A stretch of 64,000 bases of DNA from Setoptus koraiensis (taxonomy: Eukaryota; Animalia; Arthropoda). Under the pieces are notes generated by a model. It was not told where the DNA came from, ran no database searches, and saw only the letters and a list, made by a program, of their open reading frames with translations. The stretch covers positions 18,786,001 to 18,850,000 of the forward strand of contig CM106585.1 in assembly GCA_048013815.1 (NCBI GenBank), in the 5' to 3' direction. The position numbers were made by a program, and so were the translations under genes. Shown piece after piece: positions 47,952-61,788 of this stretch (position 1 is the first letter of the stretch; each line of letters begins with the position of its first letter).

Positions 47952-49427
47952 CTCGATCTCCAGCTTTCAGCATCTTTTATTAGTATCATGCGACTATTAA
48001 TTGGCGCTATTAGTTGTCACATCGGTCGGCGAAATAGTTTTTCCGGCTCGCCCACGCACACTTGTGCATTGCGCTTGTATATTGCACTTGTCCATTGCAC
48101 TTATGTATAAAACTGACCATTGAGCCGGACTGTTGCGGCTTCTGTAAGCTCGGATGCCATTCAATTCAAATTAGCAATTCAACAACTTCCAAATGAGTAG
48201 ACAACTTGGCAAGTTTTCTGTCCATTTCAAGTTCTCAAAAACACAGTATTGCAAGCAATGGCGACGGGCAGCGTGAGACGGGTTGAAAAAGTGACGGCCA
48301 AGAAAAGTTTAAAGTCATTGTGCAGCGTGCTTTATCGCATTCGGGCGATTACTGCCAACAGCAACAACCACGACGCCAGAGAACAATCAAGGCCGATTAA
48401 AACGTTTAATTTAATCTAGTTATCATTGTTCTAATATTTCATTGTTGCAGCCACATATTGAAGCGACCGGCCAACGCGATAACGAGAAAAAATCCGCCGA
48501 TTTCTTTGACTTTTCTAAGAAAAGTTTTCTTGCCATTTTGCACTTGTTAACGGGCCAGCCGAAATATGTGCGACTTTATAAAGCGACTGGACAGTCGACT
48601 GGACTTTTCGTCGCGGCCAGCAACTTATCCTACGAAACAAACTTTTCGCAACAAGAAGAAGCGTCTAGATTAAATACATAATCATTAATATACAATCATT
48701 AATCTGTGCGAGACTTGGCGCAGCAGCAACGTGAACTAAATGGAACCGGCGCCCAGTTGGTGGTGCTGTTGTTTAATTTAGCTCGCTTATGTTGATCAAC
48801 ATCGAAATGACGTTGATGAACTTGAAGCACTTCATCAGCGCCAACATTGCGTAACCTCTAAAGTTTATACTGGCCAAACTGACGCGCTGGCCAATTCCTT
48901 CTTGGCTGGCCGGCGCTGATTTTCTCAAAATCTCAGTTTGTTGGCAGTTTGTTGTGGCCCAGCACTTGCCCACGGTAACCATAACCCACCCCGAGCTTGC
49001 CCGAAAGTATTGCGAAAGTTTTCTCATGCTCAACAAGCTCTCATGATAATAACAACAACAACAATAATAATGATAAGCTGACATAAGATGTAATTGTGTG
49101 ATGCAAGCAATGTGATTAATCGGGCGCACAATGGCCATAGCTCACGCTGGGCTACCTCAGGGCCATTGTTGGCGTGCCCCGGCTGCTCGTCTCGCCTGCG
49201 TCCATGTCCGCCGCCGTTCGGGCCGGGCCGGCCGAATGCGGCCAGCGCACGCCGATGACGCAAGTCGCATTCGGTTCGTGCCGGACATTTGCGCAACTGT
49301 CTAGTTGGCCCGTCTAGACAGGCGAGTGCGACCGCGACTAAACGAGCACGCCGAGCGAGAACGCTCGGGTAATCGCTCGGACGTTGTGCGTTGGCCAGCA
49401 GTTCGACCCGAGCTGTTCGAGCGGCAT

Positions 49428-49510
49428 CCGGGCAATTTCGGGCGATTTCGGGCGATTTCGGGCAGTTTCGGGCAATTTCGGACAATTTCGGACAATTTCG
49501 GGCGATTTTC
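49428..49510 (+). repeat. 10-bp minisatellite (TTTCGGGCRA-like), G-quadruplex-competent
   Basis: Five GGG runs with 7-nt loops (49430-49472), then degenerate copies. Confidence 0.9.
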
Positions 49511-49986
49511 AGATATTTTTTGGGCGATTTCGCGCGATTTTCAGATATTTTTCGGCCGATTTTCTGATAATTTTCGGGCGAGTTTGGGACGATTGGCGCT
49601 GATTTCCGAGCCGTCCTCAGACGATTTTCGGGCGACCTGCGCGGATTTCGGGCCGTCGGCGCCACCAGCAAACAGAGGATCATTTTTCATTATTCATCAC
49701 CCGTTCGGCCGCTCACGAGCGCGTCCACTAATAACGCCAATAGCTCGGGTCAGCCAGTTGTCAGGCGCGCAGCGATAAATGTTTGCCCATCGGTTATTGA
49801 TGATCTGGCCAAAGGAGCACGAACGAATTACCTGGGCCACTCACGCTCACTGGGGGCGCCACCGACGGGAGCACCTAATCAGGCGCGATCGTCCATCATG
49901 AGCGTGCACTGCGCAACCGGCCCGCATTCGGACTTGCCATTCAGACTTGCCATTCGGACTCGGCCGGCTAGCTCGCCAGCGAGCCA

Positions 49987-50066
49987 CTTGACCATCTCGA
50001 AACTTGACCATTTCGAAACTTGACCATTTCGAAGCTTGACCATTTCGAAGCTTGACCATTTCGAAG
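49987..50066 (+). repeat. 16-bp tandem repeat CTTGACCATTTCGAAR x5
   Basis: Five near-identical copies (one T>C change). Confidence 0.95.
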
Positions 50067-53000
50067 CGTGTGACGCGTCGTTCGCGGTCCGAACTTGGAT
50101 TTTGGAGCGGATCTGGCGCAAATCGGCGCGGCCAGCGGTTAGCCGCTGGCCGCCGAGAGGCTGCCAATTGCAACTGTGTGCATGGGCGCAATTGGACAGG
50201 GTAGACAAACATGACGAGGGCAAACACGGTGCAACTTGCAAGAGAGCAATAAATTCCCCGGCGAAATTCATTTCATCGCGGCAATCGCGCGGTTTGCGCA
50301 GTGGTGGCCGTTTATGGTTCGTTGTCGCTGTCGTTGTGTTCGTGCAGCGGCGGCGTTCTCTCAAATTCGCGGAGCGTCGATTCTCGGAACGTTGGCCGCT
50401 GTTCGAATTCTTTCACAGTGGCCAGTTAGCCAGCGCGATGTGTTTACTGGCACTTTCGCTGGCAATCCGCTGACCGCCGCCGAAACGCTGATGATGGCGA
50501 CGTGTCAGCTGATTGCCGCTATAGCAATTTGTTGTGGCACAATTGAATCAAAATTGGAATTCCTCGCTGGCTCTCGCCAGCGCCTTCGCTGGGCCTGTCT
50601 CATCGTCGTCATCAACTGTGAAATAATTTCGATTTCTATTTCGATTTTGAGAGCAGCGGCCAGTTTGCGCAACGTCAACAACAACACCAACGGCAGCAGC
50701 AGCAGCAGCAGATAAGTCAAATAGGTGTGTGTACAAAGTACAAATAAAGTATAAACTTGTCCACTTGCGTGGGGGACCGCGTGCCCGAGCCCCGGCTGGG
50801 GCCAGCGGGCCCGACGCCGAAACAAAAATTGGCACGGACACGAAAATGAGATTAAATTCCGACCAAGTGGACACACAAAGAGGCCGTTTTATCTACAAAA
50901 CGGCGCATCCGATGCGTCCCAATGGCTGGTGCAAGTCGCACCGTTGCTTTGGGCGTCCGTCGCAAACGCAATTGTCGCCTCTGTCTGGCTGTCACGCTGC
51001 GCCCTTCGAGTGTCTGACAGCCGCACACATAAGCTCGTTACGTAACACGTAACGCGCCAGCCAGGTGCTTGACTTTGCTGGCTGCACCGCTCGCTTTGTG
51101 GCGCCAGTTTCGCTGTTGGGCAACATCGGCAACCACGCCACCAACAACAGCGCCATCAACAACAGCAACAACGACAGCAGCAACAACGACAGCGGCAGCA
51201 ACAACAACAACAACAACAGCAACAACAACAACCACAACTAACGCAGATATGAATTATATTTTGAAAACCGTTCGGAGCTTGTGCGTGCGTTTCCTGTTGC
51301 CGACCGCCGAGCCGATGATGTAACAATGTGTGTGTGTGTGACAATTGCAGCGCAACAAAATTACGCAATACGCGCCCGTCACGGAACGTCGTGTGTCGGG
51401 CAACGGCGGTGCCAGTGACACATCGCAGCAGCATCGCCACCGCCGCCGCCGCCACACAATTGCCCGCTACGTCTCGCTGGGGGCCCCGTCGCGACGATTC
51501 TCTCAAGCGCACTCGGGGCGCAGGTAATTATACCTGTGCACGTTCGGGGCTTGTTTGTGGGCTTCCCTTGTTTGTGCGAGCCAGCGAAAGAAACGGCATA
51601 TTTCTGGCGGCCGGCCGGCCGGCAAGCCAGCCCGAAATGCAGCCAGGCAAAAGAATGCAATCTGTCCGCGCACAATTCAATCTCGCCTAACAATCCGATA
51701 ATCTGTGCCGATAATCAACTGTCACGAGCAGCGTGCGCCGGCCCCCAAACTGTGCACTTGCGTACGAAACTGAGGGCTTGTGGCCGAAACTTTCGTCTCG
51801 TGGCCGAAACTTTGATGCGACCACTGTTTGCAGTGCCCCGGCGCTGGACAAACGCGGCAGCCCGACGCACACAAACCGGATTGTGCCGGTAGCCGCACAA
51901 TCTCGCGTCGGGCGGCGCACAACTGGGCGACAATCTTAATTAATAATTTATGACGGGCCAGCGCCAATTTTCCGCCGTGCATTTTGCGCCCTGGCGAGTG
52001 GGCCGGACCCGCGCGCCGCTCGGTAGCGCCGCCCGGTCGCCGGCCTAGTCGCAGGCCTAGTCGCCGGCCGGGTCGCAGGCGGTGATTTGCAGGCGCGCAA
52101 GTTGGCACGCTGGTCGACCCGCTCCAAAGGGGCGCTCCAGCGGGCTCGGCTCGTCATTTGGTTGTGGTAATCGGCACAGTGCGAGTTATTTTGCCGGCGC
52201 ATTGGCGGTCATTTGGTGTTTCAATTTGTTTGTCGCCCCCGCCGCCGGCAACGATGATCGGTTGTGCGTTGCCCGACTCACAATTGTCAGCGCGAGCTCG
52301 ACGGGCACCATCGGCTGCCAACTAGCGTGGCCCAGTTGACATTTAGCTCGCTGGCTGTTTGCCGATGCCATTTGCCATTTGTTCCGGCCCAGTGATACGC
52401 ACGAAAGTCGACGTGATATCGCTTCCCGTCACGTTGGCGCATCGACGAGCTCGCCCGCCGATATCCGCGATCCAGCGATCCGTTTCGAGGAGCGTCGGCC
52501 GTGTTCGCGAATTGCGCCGCCGTTGATGCAGCCGCTCGCTGACGGGCCCGCTGAGTTGTCAGCAGCAGCAGCAGCGAGCTAGCTTGCCAAAAAGATAAAG
52601 TGTCAATGTAATTTAGTGTTTTGCGCTTCAGTTTTGCAGTTGATTGAAAGTTGTTGCGCCGGCTTGGCTGTGCGGCGCTGCCAGCCCAACTCACATATCG
52701 ACATGGCGGTATCATAATGATCGACAGTTAATTTCGTCTACACAACTATTATGTAACTTGTCACTATTAGTCGTTGGCTGCCCGTCGCCCCCGCTGATGC
52801 GGCCCGCACTGGCTGCTGACGGGCATTACTCAAGTCTCGACAGTTTGGCCTCGGAAGCGCCAAGTTGACACATTTCAATTGGTTGCGACTCGGCTGCTGC
52901 TGCTGGCCCGACGAACGGTCTAGATGTCGCTGCGAGCGTGTTGCGCAATTGCGACAAACAACTCCCGCAACAAACACACAGCAAAGCGACATTTATTGTT

Positions 53001-54180
53001 TAAGTGATAAACACAAAATAGAAACATAGAAATTAAGCCAAATCGCGCGTTATTAGTAAGCGAAACACGGAAGAGCCGCGACTCGTCGGCTGCCGAGCGA
53101 TCGCAAATGTGTCATCGCGCTTCGCTGGGGCCGCCCGACATGCTAATCAAGACAAATGGCTGCGCAGTTGTTGTAGTTGTCGCCCCCGCAAATGTTGTCG
53201 GCGCGTCGGATGTTGTCGAGCTCTCAAATGGCGTCTAGATGTCGCTTTTCGGGGGCTCGCCAAACGGCTGCCAATCGACGGCTACAAAAACAAACATTGA
53301 TTTGTGTGTGTCAATTTGTCAGCGTCTCAGCGAGATTGTTCATTTTTTACTGCGGGCCTCGTTTGTATACGGGGGGTGCGTCTCCTGGCCCCCATACAAA
53401 CGAGGCCCGCAAACGACCCGCGCGGCCAATCGGCGCGCGGGCCGGCGACACACCCGAGCGGAGCGCCGGGCTGTTCCGCTCGGCTGGTCGGCTGGCGATG
53501 AAAAATGGGCGCTCGGCCGCTCTCTGGCTGCTGGAGTGTCGCGGTTGCTGCTGCTGGCGAGCGCAAATTGGGCGCCCCAACGAGCGCCCGTCGGCCAGCC
53601 AGCCCGCCCGCCCGCCCGGCTGCAAAGTAATAAAGATAATTGAATGAATCGCTCCCATCCCGGCGAGTGTCGCTCGCTTGGGCTCCCCTCGAGGGAGCGG
53701 GCGCCTTGAGCGGCCGGCCGAGCGGCGTCCGTGGCGCGACGGCAGCGAGATTGCTATCGCCGTTACTGCAATTCATTATGGTGCTTGCACACAGGAAGAC
53801 AAGTCATTAAGACACATGCACCGCGCACACAATGGGGGCACCACTCGCAATCTCGGCCGCTTTGTCTAGCTGTCCGTTGCGCTGATTTAATTCGCGCCGC
53901 TCGCACTGGGGCCCGTTCCGCTGCGTGGCGAGCGGGCCGCCTGACGAGAGCGCTATATGCTAATGACCCGGCGAGGGCCGCGCCCGCGACCTCCGCTCGC
54001 CCGCTCGTCGTCGGGCGCTCGTCATTGGGTACGCGGCCGGTCGCGGCTCGTCGTCGGGCGCGCGGCCGGTCGCTGCGGCGGGCGAGCGACGGGACACGCA
54101 CATTGCGCACGTTGAGCATGCTGCAGCCGGCGATCCGCCCACGGTGCGGGCGCGCTGAGCGCGCCCGAGTCCGCAGAGTG

Positions 54181-54680
54181 NNNNNNNNNNNNNNNNNNNN
54201 NNNNNNNNNNNNNNNNNNNNNNNNNNNNNNNNNNNNNNNNNNNNNNNNNNNNNNNNNNNNNNNNNNNNNNNNNNNNNNNNNNNNNNNNNNNNNNNNNNNN
54301 NNNNNNNNNNNNNNNNNNNNNNNNNNNNNNNNNNNNNNNNNNNNNNNNNNNNNNNNNNNNNNNNNNNNNNNNNNNNNNNNNNNNNNNNNNNNNNNNNNNN
54401 NNNNNNNNNNNNNNNNNNNNNNNNNNNNNNNNNNNNNNNNNNNNNNNNNNNNNNNNNNNNNNNNNNNNNNNNNNNNNNNNNNNNNNNNNNNNNNNNNNNN
54501 NNNNNNNNNNNNNNNNNNNNNNNNNNNNNNNNNNNNNNNNNNNNNNNNNNNNNNNNNNNNNNNNNNNNNNNNNNNNNNNNNNNNNNNNNNNNNNNNNNNN
54601 NNNNNNNNNNNNNNNNNNNNNNNNNNNNNNNNNNNNNNNNNNNNNNNNNNNNNNNNNNNNNNNNNNNNNNNNNNNNNNNN
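54181..54680. other. Assembly gap (500 N)
   Basis: A run of exactly 500 N suggests a fixed-size placeholder; ORFs spanning it are artefacts. Confidence 0.99.
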
Positions 54681-56080
54681 CGCCGCAACGTCGCCGCCAG
54701 CCAGCGCGCCGTAATGGGGTCAATCCAATCTAATGCGTGCAGCCGGCAATTGTGTGACGCGCCTCACTAGCCAGCCACTGATATAGACACATTTCGTCGC
54801 GCCGGCCCCGCAATCCGTTTTATCATGCTGGCCGGCGTGATAAAATGCGTGCACCTCGCCGACGTGCCCGTCCGGCAAACGAGCGCCGTCCATGAATACT
54901 GGCGCCTGATTTGCGAATCCGTGCATGTTGATGTCCAAGCCACTTGCGACTTGAGGGTCTCGAGTCTCGAGTTGAGACTCGCCAGGGATTCACGCGCCGC
55001 GCGATTCGCCGATTCACGCGCCGGGCGATTCACCAGTCACAACCTAGTGCAAAGTAAAACGTGAAGCCCATTCACGGATAGCGAGCGCGGCGCGATTCAT
55101 GAATAGGCCCGCAAGGACGCACCCTCAATGAATAGCGAAGGGGGCCGTCGCGTTTGCGGACTCGATCGGGCCGGACGACCGCCGATTGACTACGCACCGC
55201 ACACCGGCACCCGCACCACTCACAGTGTGCACGCTATTCGCAGCGTGCACGGTATTCACAGAGTTCCCGCGGTATTCGCAGTGTGCCCGCGGTACTCGCA
55301 GTGTCCCAGTGAATATTGATTTCGTCGAGTCGCTGCGCACCTCTGCGCCGAGGCCCCGAGGTGGCGCCTCGGCGCCCGGTCGGGCCGCAGGGCCACTCGA
55401 GACGCGGCACAATGTGACGTAAGCCGTCGTTTGGGCGGCCATTTGACGTGCCATTTCGACAGGCTCCGACGGCGAGATAAACGCGGCGGCGCGCACACGG
55501 CCGAGAGATAAAATCATTGTTTGTCGTCGTGTGTCACACATTGACTTGATTATATTTATTTTCCAACCGGTGGCTGTCTGTTGTTGTTGTTGTTGTTGTT
55601 GTGGCTGTGGTTGGCGGTGGTTGGCGGTGGTTGACTCACGGCTTCGCCGGCGCGGTGGCTGTCGCAGGCCGACTGGCAGCCTCGTCGGAGCCCGGCTCTC
55701 ACGAGGCGAGCGGCCTCGTGAGAGCATAAACAGGGGGGCCAACCAATGACGAACATATGATTGTAATTATGTGAGCGCGCGTGTGTGTGTAATCAAGCAA
55801 AATGCCTCGTCGTCGTCTTATTGGCAAAGTTTTGCAAATAAGCAGCGATAATAGCGGACCGAAGCCGACCAATAAACAAGTCCGACTCCGTCGGGCTCGA
55901 ACCGTCGATGGCAGCGCACCAGATCACACGCGACGATAAGGCCAGAGATAAAGGGTAGATAATGATTATATGGCTCATTTGTTGTTGATTTATGCATCTA
56001 TCTGGCTGGCGGGCGGGCGCCCGAGCCGCAGCCATTGGCTACTTCTTTTACTCACTGTCGGCGCTCGCGACCGGGCGCTA

Positions 56081-56130
56081 ACTAAGCGCCCGCCTCGCAC
56101 TAAGCGCCCGCCTCGTACTAAGCGCCCGCC
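56081..56130 (+). repeat. 18-bp tandem repeat ACTAAGCGCCCGCCTCGY x about 3
   Basis: Direct reading. Confidence 0.9.
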
Positions 56131-59100
56131 GCTTACCCGCAACAACGACGCACTGCACAACAATAACTGGTAGCATAGCGCCCAAATTAATGCCGCCCGA
56201 TATACACGCGCCGGCCCGATGTACGCCGCACCGGCGATGCACTCGCGCTGCTGACTTGCGAGCGCCAGCAGACGGGCATTAAGCAGCAGCCGCGATAGAT
56301 AATGAGCTCAAGCCACTTTCTCATTTGATTATCATTATGTGCCCTCTCGTCTCCAATAATCTCTCCCTCTCTCCGGCTGGCGCTACTTGCCCGGCCAACG
56401 AACTCTCGCTCCCCGCGCTCCCGTCACTCTCCCTGGCGCTCCCGTCACTCGCTACCCGCTGGATACTCTCTGCTCAATCGTGCGGCGCTCTCCCGACGTT
56501 CTCCCTGTGTTCTCCCGATACTCTCCCGACGTTCTCCCGATATTCGCCCGACGGTGTCCCGATATTCTCCCGATATTCTGTCGAGGTTACTCGCTCGCTG
56601 GCTGGCGCTAGCGCCAGCCAGCGGGCCGCCAGTTGCCAGCCGGCGCGCTCCGCTGGCCCGCTCGCGGCTCCCTTATTTGGCCCGCCATCGGCGGGCATGG
56701 TCGTTGCGAGACCCGGGCATAGTCGGGCACAGCCGGGCATATTCAGCGCACTCATTATAAGCCGCGGATAGACGCAATTAGTCGCAGCCGACAAAGGTGA
56801 GCTCTAATTATTGTTTTAATTACCGCGGGCCGTTGCAACTCTGGCGGCCGACTCTGGCGACTCGACTTCTGGCGGCCGACTCCGGCGGCTCAATGTGCGC
56901 TCGTCGGGCCCGCACAGCAGCGGCAGCCACAGCGTAGCTCGACGGCCGTGTGCCAGCGTCGACCGGCAAGATAGTTGCGCGACACGAGCGCTAGGCGGCC
57001 AAAAAAGCGAGCAAACAATAAAAGGCTCACTTGTCAAGCTCGTCGCGCCGCTTTGTTGATCATTCGTGCCGATGAGCCAACAAACACGACTGACAAGTGC
57101 CATTGATACTGCTCACAAGTGTCACAAGGCGCCGATGTTGGTCAATGTTTGTCGATGTTTGTCGATGCTCGTCGATGCTCGTCGATGTTGTTTGTCGCAA
57201 AACAACAACACTGCACATCGAGGGTGCAGCGGCCCGGGAGAAGCGGTCAAGCCGGTGCACATACTGCGACTTATGCACCGGCAGCATTTGCTGCCACATT
57301 TAATTAACTATGTCGCACACTGTCCCGTGCACCACCGGCCCCATGCTGCACCGCTGCACAGCTGACGCGCTGCACCGCTGGCCCGCTGCACCATTGAACC
57401 ACTCACATGGTGCACCACTGGACCAGTGACATGGTGCAAGACGCGCGATGCCATCATTTATGCGCATCAGCGTGTCAGCTGTTGTTGTGTGCAAGCGCGT
57501 GCACCCCATCGACCAAGTTGATGCACCTGACCGGTCGGTCAATCGGCCAACTAATTGGGGCCAGCTCATTAATTAGTGCTCACCAATTAATCAGGCGACC
57601 AGAGAGACAAACGAGGCACAGGTAAGGGGCGATTGTTTGCTATTATAGGCCGCTTGTTATTATTGTGTGTGTGTGCGTCAGAGTTGAGATCAGCTGCACC
57701 TTGCAAACCTTGGGCAAATTTGTTGTTTGGCCGGATTGGAAGCCGGCCCAACTGGCACCAACAATGACAAATAAAAGTGCGACCGATTGACCTTGCAACC
57801 GGATCGACAGTGGCGAGCCGCCGACCGACTCGAGCGCGGGCCGGCCCGCGAAAGTTGCTGCCGAGAGCGAGGAAAGACAACAACTGATTAGCGACATAAA
57901 CGCACGGACAGAGAGATAAAAATAATAAGTACGCGCACATAAAAGGCGCATTAATTATCGTTTACCTTTGTTTATGTGGCCTTTGTGCGGCTGTCAGCGC
58001 GAACCGAATGGTCGCTTCGAAATGCGTTCGACGGTGCTGTCGTTCGGCCGCGTTGTCGTTCGACAGCGACAGCGACGGCAACAACAACAACAACCACGCC
58101 AACAACAACAACAACGACGGCAACAACCACAGCAACAACAGTCCATTCAGTGGGAACGGCAGCAATTTGATTTGATAGTTTAATTGCAACCAATTGAATT
58201 TGACGCACGATAATAAATGACCGTTTAAAATTCCTGCAAAATAACAACTGGCGCTGCCGGGTTGCAGCCCGCGAGCCACGAAACGGCGCAAACGGACAAA
58301 TGTAAAATTAATCGTCGCCGTCGACAATATTGTCTGTCGTTGTCGTTGTCGTTGTTGTCGTTGTTGTTGTTGTCGTTGCTGTCGTTGTTGTTGCAGCCGG
58401 CAGTTAAATTAATGTTTCTCAAATCATGGCCGATTTCATCATTGGCCATTAGCAGCGGCCAACAGCAGCGGCCAACAGCGACGGCCAACAAGTACATGTG
58501 CACATTAGCATGCATATAGGATGTGTCGCGAACAATAGGCAAATGAGCCGGCGGACACTGACGACAATTAGCAAACTAATTATCTTGGCCGCGCAGTTCC
58601 ATTACCTGGCCACCAGTTGGCCTATAGGCCGTATAGGCAGGCAGCGGTCATTTGTTTTCCCATGCTTGTTTGCTGCTGGCCGTTTATTTGTCACGCTAAT
58701 TGGCGGCTTGGGCGCCATTGGGTCGATCAATATTTTCGCTGTTCAGCATCGGAATACGACACGATATGTTTACAATATGTCGTATATCATGTGAATAATA
58801 TTGAGATACATATATATTGTTGATAAGTGATAATAGCACACTTGTCGTGCAAGATGGGCCCACGCTGGCGCGGCTCGACGGACGGCGCGCTTGTGGGCTG
58901 TTACGTTTTGACGTTGCGGTGCGATTCACGCGTGGATACTCGCCACTGTCAGTGTGGCGCTGTGGCGCTATGGCGCAAGCTTGGCGAAGCTCGCCAACGC
59001 TTTGTGTTTGTGGCGAACACAAACAATTTCGGATATAAACAAACCGCTGCGGCCCAACAATGACAAATTGGCTTCATTAGGGATGGTGGCGCTAATTTGT

Positions 59101-59222
59101 TGCTGCTTGCAGCAGCCCAAGCAACGAAAACAACGACGACAACAACAACAACGGCGACGACAACAACAACAACAACAAAGGCGACGACGACGACGCAGCC
59201 GCCCAAACGGCTGTCGCGGATC

Positions 59223-59269
59223 AGCCGAGAGCGGGCCAGCCGAGAGCGGGCCAGCCGAGAGCGGGCCAG
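59223..59269 (+). repeat. 15-bp tandem repeat AGCCGAGAGCGGGCC x3
   Basis: Direct reading. Confidence 0.9.
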
Positions 59270-61708
59270 CGACTGCAATTATGTAACAAATGAGCGCGTC
59301 AACAATTAAAACAAACACAATTAAATTACAATCCAGATTATATCAATTCGTTGTTTTTGTTTGCACAAGTTCGGGCTGGATGCGACCGGCCGCTGGAACC
59401 GACTGCGCCGGATCGGACAATCGGCGGCACAACTTGGCTGCTGCAACATATATCGGTCGGCCGCTGACGACGCCGGGCTCGTATGTAAATAGGCCGCGCC
59501 GGCCATTGAGCCGGGCCGGGCAGATGCCGGCGACAAGGCGCTGGCCGAGCCAATTGCGTAATTGTTGTTGTTGCTGCCGTGGTTGTTGTTGTTGTTGTTG
59601 CTGTTGCCGTTGTGAGTAATTGCCAGCGGACGAGTTCCAAGAATAACAAGTTGTTAGCGCGGTGTGTCTATTAGTTGAGTTATGTAAGCGAGCAACAACA
59701 ATAAAACTAAAAGCTGAAAACGTTTATAAATGTGTAATACGTTATGTATTTATACACCAGTCGGTTGTTGGCTCGGCTGTTGCTCGGTTGTTGCTCGGCC
59801 GTTTACAGCTGTTTATGGTGGCCGGTCGCAGTTGGCACTGGGCTCGCAATTGTAAAATACACTGCGCACCATACAATATGTTGCATAACACATTATGTGT
59901 TATATAATATATTGAATGACGACGCTATTTACATGCCAGTCGGCGCGCCATCGGCCGAACAAGCACCTGTTGCAAGCCTATATCTGGCAGATATAGCTGG
60001 CCGGCGTTGCGCCTATGTCTGCAACGGCCGCAAGTGGCATGGGGCACACGTAGCGCGATTGTTGTAAATGGTTGTTGGCAATTGTTGTCGTTGTTGTTGT
60101 TGCAACATCAATCATTGCAAGGGCCAATTAAACGGCAATCAGCAGCGCCGTCATGTGGGCACCTCCGACGACCGTTCAATGTGCAATTCAATCTGCGCTC
60201 CGGCCAATTCCAGCAACAGCAACAGCGGCAACAGCATCGGCAACAACATCGACAGCACCGGCCACGACGGCAACAACACGGCAACAACACGACGCGGCCA
60301 ACAACAACAGGTGACCGAGAGCGCGAATGGCAATCGGATATCATGAATGAGTTTTCGCGCCATTTCGGTGTTGGCCGCGATCGCGGCCAAATATCGCCCG
60401 ATGCTGCTGGCCGGACAAATATCGCCGACCGGCCCGATATCGGCGACCGGCCCGATGCTGCTGGCCGGCCGGCAGGCCCGATATTGGCGGCCGGCCGGGC
60501 CCATATTGGCCGTACATTGGCATTGGCTGGCCAGTGATGAAAACTCCGGCAAACTCAAACTTGCCAAACTTGCCAAACGCCGGCCACTCGACGTGAGAGC
60601 GTCACGAGAGCGACGACTCGCACGCCGGTCCGAATGGGCAGCCGGCGAACAGGATCTGGCAAAATCATGCCGGCCCGACAGAATTGATTTGAATATAGCC
60701 GCGGGCTGGCGCGCCGTTGTGCCAGCGCCAATCAATACTGCATAATAATATCGCCGGTATGCGTATGATGATATAAATAAATGTGCAAATCGGCGAGCCC
60801 AAGTGCAAAGTTAATGGCCATGGTCAGTTAACATTTAACAGCCCGAATGACACACGCTCAATGAAGAAATGATACCAGCTCAATGGAGAAATGATACACC
60901 TTGCGAGATTCATTTCTCCATTGCTTCATTTCTTCATTATTCGTGGCTCGCTCGTTTCGCTAATTGTCCGATCGGCGGGCGGCGCAATTCACGATGACGA
61001 CGCCATCACCATTAATCATCGTCCGTCTGCACACGCCCCGCCGCGCGCCGCATCACGGGCACCCGGCCAATGGTTGGGCCGACGGTCGGGCCGGCGCTCG
61101 GCACGACCAGCAGCGGCGCAAAGTGGCCGCCGGAAATGGACGCCCGTTAATTATCTCGGCGGCCTGTTGTTGGCCTTGCAGCTCGTTGTGAGCTCGTCGT
61201 GTTGCGCAGAGAAAACACGCAGGCGGCCGCTATGCAAATGGGCCCGGCGCGCACGAGCCCGCGGAGGCAAACATGGCGCGACGGGTTTCGCTCGGGGCAC
61301 AGTGCGACGGCCCGACCGGCGGCGGCGGCCCCCACCGGGCCCGAAGAGCCCCCTCTCGGGCTGACGCAATTCGCCTCGCGCGGCGAATTGAGTCACAACA
61401 GCAAGTCGGCGATTGGCGACTAGCGGTAATTGTATGTGACACACAATGCGATTATCCGCTCGCCTAGTTAGCGTCTATTTGCAGCTTGTTGGCTCCGCTG
61501 GGCGCCCACGAGCGGGCGGCCGGCGTCGGTTGGGCGCCAACGGGCTGCCGGCTGGCGTCGGCTGTTCGCTTGCCTGACGGCGATACTTGTCTGGCTGGCA
61601 TCGATACTATTTAGCCATTTAGTGGCTTACGTAAGCTCGCGGATGTCACTGTCGATTACAACCACCGGTTGTGCGATCATTCGTTGTGTGCCGATTTGTG
61701 TCGCCTCT

Positions 61709-61788
61709 GTCCGTTAAACAGAACGTCTGTTTAACGGACTGTGCGCAACGCGGGGCCCGTCGTCAGCCCGAGACTCTCTCGGGCTGAC
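61709..61788. other. Two adjacent perfect inverted repeats (14-bp stem/3-nt loop and 12-bp stem/3-nt loop)
   Basis: GTCCGTTAAACAGA-acg-TCTGTTTAACGGAC (61709-61739) and GTCAGCCCGAGA-ctc-TCTCGGGCTGAC (61762-61788). Confidence 0.9.

Noticed and set aside
48080-48093. TATTGCACTTGTCC matches the 5' 14 nt of miR-92
   Set aside because: Part of a local ATTGC(A/G)CTT repeat; the match stops at 14 nt and no complementary 5' arm is visible.
48773-48870. Coding-looking patch (GYAMLALMKCFKFINVISML, or + strand LAYVDQHRNDVDELEALHQ)
   Set aside because: Several frames are equally plausible and none is recognisable; it cannot be called without RNA data.
53731-54723. Long ORFs of 233-327 aa
   Set aside because: Artefacts of reading through the 500-N gap.
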